64,000 bases of DNA from positions 2,222 through 66,221 of the forward strand of contig JAEHCO010000001.1 in NCBI GenBank assembly GCA_020697715.1, in the 5' to 3' direction. Source of the stretch: Methanobacteriota archaeon. GTDB lineage: Archaea > Thermoplasmatota > Thermoplasmata > SG8-5 > JAGLSY01. Positions 58,501 through 64,000 of this stretch are shown in pieces; the first letter of the stretch is position 1; each line of letters begins with the position of its first letter. The notes beneath the pieces are model-generated. The model made no database searches and had not been told where the DNA came from. It was given only the letters and a program-made list of their open reading frames with translations. Both the position numbers and the translations under genes were made by a program.

Positions 58501-59152
58501 ATCTCTGATCGTGGCCAGTTCCATACTGCTGGCCTATGAGAGAAGTCTACACACTTCGATAGAGACGGAGATCGTTCGAGGAGATATGGACTATCTCAAT
58601 AAGAATTACAAGAAGGCATTGCATTCCTATGATAGGGCGCTTGAGAAAAGCACCCTGAAGACCGAATCCGCATTGAAGGCAGATGATACCAGGGAATACG
58701 ATGTCCCATGGTACAGTAAAGGTGCGACCCTGATATTGATGGGTAATTTGAAAGAAGGAATTGAATGTCTGGATATGGCTCTATCCATAAATCCCAATAA
58801 CGAGGTCGCATGGGTGAGCAAGGGAAATGCCTATTCAAAGCTCGGGGACATGAGCAGTGCTTTGGAATCATATAACAATGCATTGATCGCGAACCCCAGA
58901 TACATAATAGCCTGGAACAATAGAGGTAATGCATTTGCCAGGAAGGAGAATTATATCGAAGCCCTGAAGAACTATAACAGGGCGATCAAGCTGGATCCAG
59001 ATTATAAGGACGCGTGGATCAATAAGGGCTATGTCCTGATGAAGATGGGAAAGCAGGATGAGGCGCTCAAATGTGTGTCGATGATAGGGGAGAAAAAGAT
59101 GGGACAGCATGGAGCAGCCAGTACCAATGGCAGTACTAAGGCCTCTGCCTGA
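55592..59152 (+). CDS. Giant membrane protein: eight N-terminal CxxC-N(9-11)-CxxC zinc ribbons, acidic linker, about six TM helices, C-terminal TPR repeats
   Basis: 1186 aa, TTG start; ribbons such as CPFCGAFINEEAEVCPNCSKP, CSGCGAFINSNSNECPKCGIS, CGDCGAFVKSDSDTCNVCGAK; hydrophobic block (…VIASLLTSLFYVALSSY…); four or more 34-aa TPR units. Confidence 0.7.
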   Translation: MSDSTLYLCPFCGAFINEEAEVCPNCSKPLEEEVEGGFEKELDDLIDEDLNAMSGSESCPRCGKQLEEGSLECLDCNMKIEDGLEPASEGEEEGVALFLCSGCGAFINSNSNECPKCGISLDDEAEEEHDFVEYDNELLDLLVENEPDEEDELILELDSIDDPEDLISVIDKMPDIEDEELFDDEPDIVLDLDLADDDPEGDLLHMNIDDEIEKTRIVESISERVAGEVAIESDSGDEIMLCGECGAFVSQSSKECNVCGNDIRPGSHLAIEKDEIPSENDGENTETALRSILGILDDVILDPDPMADHEDDIGICQKCGAFIPHGESACPVCHADKKSLPDIIYTELPIDDHDSMSICGDCGAFVKSDSDTCNVCGAKVDADMLRSIEPDDVLEMGMDADDPMDILKKALGVLELRDTTPEERIGGELDLCPDCGAFVSANAKSCSICGSDLIQGTDISLDDGIVMDLDDGSVILSDSVCPNCGSKFGVGAGDCEVCGFTFLGDESDHDEKEMSYEDRVDISDIIEFEVPELTKESAIDHLNEMEDDMDDLILDEVKPESSAEVKSGELSNEEKLARIEKAYEEGQLSKANYIINKAKFYGLVQEMNEIEDDLDELLIDIDETMAETVEVPTEEDEIESLELGDLHLNIDPDAQDDEDTQPDVEMEYDDLSLSEDDIKEGIHDGKYDDIIEFDDQDLDLTQDDTYQEDLDEHIETYEEEDETSKEDETSDEDVIYEEVEVYVDEDGQEIEYEEVEVNEDDIEEYEEDVDDPEGTDLDDHDPEETYFEEEDEIHVPFRSHAMAETTGGPQYLNHSGWEYGVIASLLTSLFYVALSSYIPINPISLAIIFGVILIFAFIMMVTSRSIFMKGDLYRGSVFMIGGVIISFILLHWFADIMIDDPMVDKMLLSIGIMMIGIGIIWIRGKIRYIHLWLSGTIFLFLFSIGELYYFEQWAYSPIQPPGAIVAGIGISLIVASSILLAYERSLHTSIETEIVRGDMDYLNKNYKKALHSYDRALEKSTLKTESALKADDTREYDVPWYSKGATLILMGNLKEGIECLDMALSINPNNEVAWVSKGNAYSKLGDMSSALESYNNALIANPRYIIAWNNRGNAFARKENYIEALKNYNRAIKLDPDYKDAWINKGYVLMKMGKQDEALKCVSMIGEKKMGQHGAASTNGSTKASA

Positions 59153-62100
59153 CCTGCATGATGCATATTCCGATCATGGTTGCCAGGATCAATGAGAAGA
59201 TATTACTGAACTCGTCAATAATGATTATATCGACCGATGCCACATCACTATCCGGCAGAAGCATGTAGCCACTGGAAGTAGTGTAATTCAATAGTGCCCA
59301 ATTATCAACAGGGCCAGCAAGTGGCGTCGCATTGACTGTCACATTGATGAATATCGCGTATGAGCCGGGCGCGATATTTGTGAAGTACCAGCTAATATCC
59401 TGACCCAGTATTGTCGAAGGAGCTGGAACCGCGCTGTCGAAGATAATTCCAGAGGGTAATGTGTCATTTATCCAGACATTGCCCGCATTGGTCGAGCCAG
59501 TATTATTGTAGAAGATGGTGTACATGATGGTGTCATTGGCATAGGCGGTTGTGACATTGGCGGTCTTCTGGATATCTATAACAGGCCGCTGGCAGGTGAC
59601 ATTGGCCCATGAGGTCTCGGTTCCCAGAGAGTATGTCAAAGTGGCGGAATTGGATAATAATTCCAGATCGGTCGCATTGGCATTCACCTGCACCTCGATG
59701 GTTATGAGATTCGTACTCTGTCTGGGAATCTGGGTGAAGGTCCAGCCAAGATCCTGGCCAACTATCGTCACGGGCAATGGATTGGCGACCACATAATCGA
59801 CATTCGCTGGAAGTACATCATCTATCTGAACATTCCAGGCCTTTCCCAAACCTGTATTATTGTACCATATCTCGTAGGTTATCAGATCGCCTGGTTGGGC
59901 AGTGGTCACATTGGCTGTTTTGGATATGGACATATTGGGGAGTTTAGGTGCCAGTGGATCAATGGGGTCAGAAAGCTCTATTTCTTCTAGCCCAGTCGAT
60001 CGGGATGACCTTGCGGCCTCGGCATTGTGCCTGATACTATTGGTCTCATCCTCCATACCCAGCCAGTCTGACATTTCGATGGCGATGGAGATATCAGATT
60101 GCCTGGATATTCCAAGAAGTCCAAGGGGCACGCCTACCTCAATCCGGGATAGATCATTGGCCCCGGATGCTTTGCCGAGATATGTCCATGGAGTGCTCGC
60201 GGACATCTCCTCATATGAGTATATCTCGCTGGATAGTATCTTATTGTATTTGCCAGTTATAAGGATTAAATGGTCAGCTCCAAGCTGACCATTTAAATAA
60301 TGGCCTGTTTCGATATCATCATCCGCGTCTATGTATATCAACAGATGATCCATACCTTTTCTCTCAATGTGCCTCACAGGGCCGATATAACGGCTTATGA
60401 ACCTGCCAGAATAATTCGCATCATAGCTCTGGGGGATGGTGGTATTGAGCCAATTGTCAACACCTCCAGCATCGTGATCCACTACACCGTCGCCATCACG
60501 ATCCCCATTAGAATTCGCATCATCGACACCGTCATTATTAAAATCATGAGCATATGAGCCATCAGGGCCATCCAGCACATCCGGGACACCATCATTGTCC
60601 GAGTCCAAATTAGGAGAAGTCTGAGTGACATTTTGAGCCGATGGTGTTGATCTGATCCTCAGCACTGGTATTGCGGATCCTCCCATGGCCACCCCACCCA
60701 CGGATGTGTAGATGTTCAGCTCATCATCCATATTCATGCGGTAATCCCTGATATCCACATTCCTGTTCAGGAACTTCAGCTTTGCAGGATCCTTTCCTGG
60801 AACTACCTGATCATTGGCCGCATCGATATTTGGAGGTGTCGATTGCCAGTCTCCAAATGCTCCATCTATCGTCGTACCAGATGGTTGGCCATAGTGTTTG
60901 AGAGATGGTGCACTTACTATCATGTCCAAGTTGACGGTGTCGATCATGCCCACATTCAAAGGCATGAGGCCGATGGTCTGGCCATTCTCTGTCCCGGTCA
61001 ATGTGGATGAAAGAATAAGTTGAGTGATTTCAGACGGCGATAGTGGCATGGGGTCGAATAATTCCAAATGAAGGACCTGGCCGTCCACCTGCATCGAGGA
61101 TAGGCCAACCACCTCGTCAATGACAGGTTCTATCAGGCCATTATCATTCATATCCTTGTATAATGTGAATTGTGAAAGAATATCCGGACTGGATGTTCCC
61201 AATATACGGAAGTCGAGTGAGTCGATCTCCACCTCATCCTCATAGCATACGAGTTCGAAGGAGCAAGAGAGAACATCATCTCTTGCCAGTATATCATTCG
61301 AAGGGTCAGTGATCGACCTTATAGACAGGGATGCGGTATTGGGGATCATTATGCCATCGGAAGTGTCTGTATTTCCTTCGGAATCACTTGTCATGACAAG
61401 GACTGATGGTGACTGGTCTGCCAGATCGCTCATGGCCGTTCTCAGTTCGATCTTATCTCCACTCACCTTACTGGATACCGAGGATATATACATGAACCCA
61501 CTCCAGTCATCAGGATCATGATCATTATCGAATCTCAATAGTTCAGATGCTTCCACATGATTATCATAACCATGAACATCTATCAGGACATCGGCGCCCA
61601 GATTGTCGATGGAATAGCCAGTGCGATTATTCCCATCTGCATCTAGGAAGATATAGATGGAATCCACACCACTGCCATTCGCACTACCACCTTCCATCAT
61701 GGTCCCGTCAACTTGTAGGAAAATGTCAAGATATGGATGATCCAATGAAAATCTAGTATCTACCAGATCTATATCAGGGTTTATGACATCCGATACTTCA
61801 TCGGCATAGGATGTGAACTTATTCCAGTCACTGAAAGCTCCGTCTATCGAGATATCTCGTGTGTCACCATTATTCATATTCTCGGTGAATATCGGCACAT
61901 AGAGTATCAAAGATATCACAATGACAATGGATAAAAAGCCGATCTTCCACCTACGTGCTTTTTGACGATTCCTTCTCAATATAGCCATATCCTGCTTTCT
62001 CTCAACCAAGGAATCACCATTTATGAAACCATCGCCATTAACTATGCCAGAGCCGTTGACCAGGCCATTCGTTAACCCATTGGTCAAGCCATTGGTACGA

Positions 62101-63953
62101 CCTTGACCATTTGTGATTCCATTCGTCCTACCCTGCCCATTCGTTAACCCATTGGTACGGCCTTGACCATTGGTGAGACCGTTCGTTCTTCCCATACCAT
62201 TTGTAAGGCCGTTCGTCCTACCCTGGCCATTAGTTAATCCATGGGCACCACCTTGACCATTGGTCAAACCATTTGTCCTACCTTGACCATTGGTAAAGCC
62301 TTGAGCATGACCGAATTTCCTTCTCATCTTTTCAGAAAGTTCAAGATCATTGGAATGGGATATCTTCTCGGCATCCACATCGTATACCAGAGAATCCAAT
62401 ATGGACTCCAATTCTTCTTCCGTATAGTCCTCTTCTTGATCGTCCACACACTCATCCTGATCGATGACCTCGAATGACTGGTCATCATCATCGTCCTCAT
62501 CATCTAAATCAAATTCAAGGGAATCAAGAAGATCCTGCATCTCTTCATCTGACTCGACCTCATCCATATCCGTATAGCCCAATTCCAATGGATCTTCAAT
62601 TATCTCTCCATCTAAACCGAAAATAATGGGAGTTGGAGCAGTATCCGGCTCATCAGTCTCATCAAGATCAAGAACAAGAGATTCGAGAAGATCGTCCATG
62701 TCTTCATCTGGCTCATCTTCAAGGATTAGCTCGGGTTCATGTTCAATATCATCTTCAAACTCTTCACCCTCAAGATCCAGACCCAATTCTGCCAGGTCGT
62801 CCAATCCATCCAATTCCAATAAGAGCCAGTCCTCTTTGAATGCCTCATCAGAGCCCTGGTCAAGATCAGATATATCGTCATCATCGTGCTCGACCACCTC
62901 GATCCTTTCCAGCTCTTCATCCTTCAATTCCAATAATTCCAGGGAGAACATCTCGTCCTCCAATTCAGCCATTTCAGATCTGAGGATATCGTCCTTCATC
63001 ATGCCCTTCTCTTCGATCTCCATCTGCTTACAGTTCGGGCATGAACTGGAATCTCCCATAACGAAGGTGCCGCAGGACTCGCAGACCGTGAACCCTATGG
63101 TTGGAACTGTCTCGAGAAGGTCTATTTCCTCTTCAGGGTCCTCATCCGGTTCATCCAGCTCCCTGGATAATACCTCATTCACTTCCTTGGACAGGACATT
63201 CACATCTCCGATCTCATCCTCCAGATCACCCAGGGAATTGATGATGGCCTCATCCAGCTTGAATTCCTTCATGTCTATGACATCGTCACAGTTCGGACAG
63301 CTTTCTGCCCCACTGCCCAGGAATGCTCCACAGGATCCGCATATACCAATATCTAGATCCGGGGCGGTCTCAAGCCTATCCACCTCTGGTTCATCCACCA
63401 GGTCCATTTCCAATATCTCATCGATCTCGGAAGATAGCATCTCGCCACATTTGGGACACGTGTCCACATCCCCCTCCACAAATGTCCCGCAGGAACTGCA
63501 CATTTGGAAATCGATCTCCGGTATCGTCTCAAGGAGATCGTCATGCTCATCTGCCAGTTCATTGCCCAATGCTTCTGCGGTGATATCTTGACTGAATATC
63601 TCACCACAGACCCCGCAATCCTCGGATATGGAGCTGATCAATGCACCACAACTCGAGCATCTGGATAATATCTCATCAGTTACATCATCCTCATCTTCCT
63701 CCACCGTGGTGTAACATATTGGACAGACCGCACTGTGCTCGTTCAGAAATGCTCCGCAGTTCCCACATAGGTAAAATTTGATATCAGCAGCATCTTCGCC
63801 AACTGAAAGCCCCAGGAAATTGATTATGTTCTCGATCGCGCCTTTCTCATCCAAGATAAGATCCGAGGTCGAAATACGAGTGCCAGTAATGGAGCCGACA
63901 TCGACTGGCTGACCCAATTGAACATGCATCCGATTCACAATATCATGGTTCAC
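59136..63953 (-). CDS. Giant membrane/surface protein: five or more N-terminal zinc ribbons, acidic region, GxTNG decapeptide repeats, TM, about 1000-aa extracellular region with DUF11-like repeat domains, C-terminal TM
   Basis: 1605 aa from GTG start; reading frame stays open upstream to the window end, so the N-terminus may be truncated; ribbons CGNCGAFLNEHSAVCPICYT etc.; repeats GLTNGQGRTN about nine times; domains TANVTTAQPGDLITYEIWYNNTG and TANVTTAYANDTIMYTIFYNNTG. Confidence 0.7.
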   Translation of the reverse strand: MNHDIVNRMHVQLGQPVDVGSITGTRISTSDLILDEKGAIENIINFLGLSVGEDAADIKFYLCGNCGAFLNEHSAVCPICYTTVEEDEDDVTDEILSRCSSCGALISSISEDCGVCGEIFSQDITAEALGNELADEHDDLLETIPEIDFQMCSSCGTFVEGDVDTCPKCGEMLSSEIDEILEMDLVDEPEVDRLETAPDLDIGICGSCGAFLGSGAESCPNCDDVIDMKEFKLDEAIINSLGDLEDEIGDVNVLSKEVNEVLSRELDEPDEDPEEEIDLLETVPTIGFTVCESCGTFVMGDSSSCPNCKQMEIEEKGMMKDDILRSEMAELEDEMFSLELLELKDEELERIEVVEHDDDDISDLDQGSDEAFKEDWLLLELDGLDDLAELGLDLEGEEFEDDIEHEPELILEDEPDEDMDDLLESLVLDLDETDEPDTAPTPIIFGLDGEIIEDPLELGYTDMDEVESDEEMQDLLDSLEFDLDDEDDDDDQSFEVIDQDECVDDQEEDYTEEELESILDSLVYDVDAEKISHSNDLELSEKMRRKFGHAQGFTNGQGRTNGLTNGQGGAHGLTNGQGRTNGLTNGMGRTNGLTNGQGRTNGLTNGQGRTNGITNGQGRTNGLTNGLTNGLVNGSGIVNGDGFINGDSLVERKQDMAILRRNRQKARRWKIGFLSIVIVISLILYVPIFTENMNNGDTRDISIDGAFSDWNKFTSYADEVSDVINPDIDLVDTRFSLDHPYLDIFLQVDGTMMEGGSANGSGVDSIYIFLDADGNNRTGYSIDNLGADVLIDVHGYDNHVEASELLRFDNDHDPDDWSGFMYISSVSSKVSGDKIELRTAMSDLADQSPSVLVMTSDSEGNTDTSDGIMIPNTASLSIRSITDPSNDILARDDVLSCSFELVCYEDEVEIDSLDFRILGTSSPDILSQFTLYKDMNDNGLIEPVIDEVVGLSSMQVDGQVLHLELFDPMPLSPSEITQLILSSTLTGTENGQTIGLMPLNVGMIDTVNLDMIVSAPSLKHYGQPSGTTIDGAFGDWQSTPPNIDAANDQVVPGKDPAKLKFLNRNVDIRDYRMNMDDELNIYTSVGGVAMGGSAIPVLRIRSTPSAQNVTQTSPNLDSDNDGVPDVLDGPDGSYAHDFNNDGVDDANSNGDRDGDGVVDHDAGGVDNWLNTTIPQSYDANYSGRFISRYIGPVRHIERKGMDHLLIYIDADDDIETGHYLNGQLGADHLILITGKYNKILSSEIYSYEEMSASTPWTYLGKASGANDLSRIEVGVPLGLLGISRQSDISIAIEMSDWLGMEDETNSIRHNAEAARSSRSTGLEEIELSDPIDPLAPKLPNMSISKTANVTTAQPGDLITYEIWYNNTGLGKAWNVQIDDVLPANVDYVVANPLPVTIVGQDLGWTFTQIPRQSTNLITIEVQVNANATDLELLSNSATLTYSLGTETSWANVTCQRPVIDIQKTANVTTAYANDTIMYTIFYNNTGSTNAGNVWINDTLPSGIIFDSAVPAPSTILGQDISWYFTNIAPGSYAIFINVTVNATPLAGPVDNWALLNYTTSSGYMLLPDSDVASVDIIIIDEFSNIFSLILATMIGICIMQVRQRP
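62020..62310 (-). repeat. In-frame 30-bp tandem repeat (about 9 copies) encoding GLTNGQGRTN decapeptides
   Basis: Recurrent CCATTGGT…CCTTGACC units on plus strand at 30-bp period inside the giant gene. Confidence 0.6.
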
Positions 63954-64000
63954 GAAACTGGGAGAGATGACATGAACGGACGTGATATCCTTATCCTGCA

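Noticed and set aside
62626-63591. 321-aa Ser-rich plus-strand ORF
   Set aside because: It is antisense to the acidic, repeat-rich part of the giant minus-strand gene; the poly-Ser composition is an antisense artefact of Asp/Glu-rich coding sequence.

Overview
This window looks like an archaeal chromosomal segment of about 45% GC, with roughly 45 protein genes, three intron-containing tRNA genes and several non-coding repeats. The assignment rests on glycerol-1-phosphate dehydrogenase, topoisomerase VI A/B, aRF1 with NIKS/GGQ motifs, deoxyhypusine synthase and a class-III signal-peptide pilin. All calls come from reading the sequence and the supplied ORF translations; no database search was run, so family names are motif-based recognition and ORF starts are approximate. 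Housekeeping content: a UPF0179-like gene, egsA, scpB, scpA and smc on the minus strand, an acyl-CoA synthetase, folD, dys, top6B/top6A, argS, aRF1, pyrH and an RNA 2',3'-cyclic phosphodiesterase. Accessory content: (1) a five-gene Opp/Dpp-type ABC peptide transporter whose two permeases and binding protein carry large extra extracytoplasmic domains, preceded by a membrane-anchored wHTH regulator and sharing a conserved promoter motif with two other transcription units; (2) three tandem giant surface proteins (one beta-propeller head, two GLUG-repeat heads) with a common C-terminal Ca-binding repeat, NxT-sequon stalk, TM anchor and acidic tail; (3) a wbpB/wbpD/wbpE-like diacetamido-sugar gene trio; (4) the most unusual locus, at 52.7-64 kb: a pilin gene, three translationally coupled KaiC/RecA-like ATPase genes, and two convergent giant membrane proteins with N-terminal arrays of CxxC-CxxC zinc ribbons. 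I propose this last locus as the best candidate for an undescribed system, as a hypothesis only.
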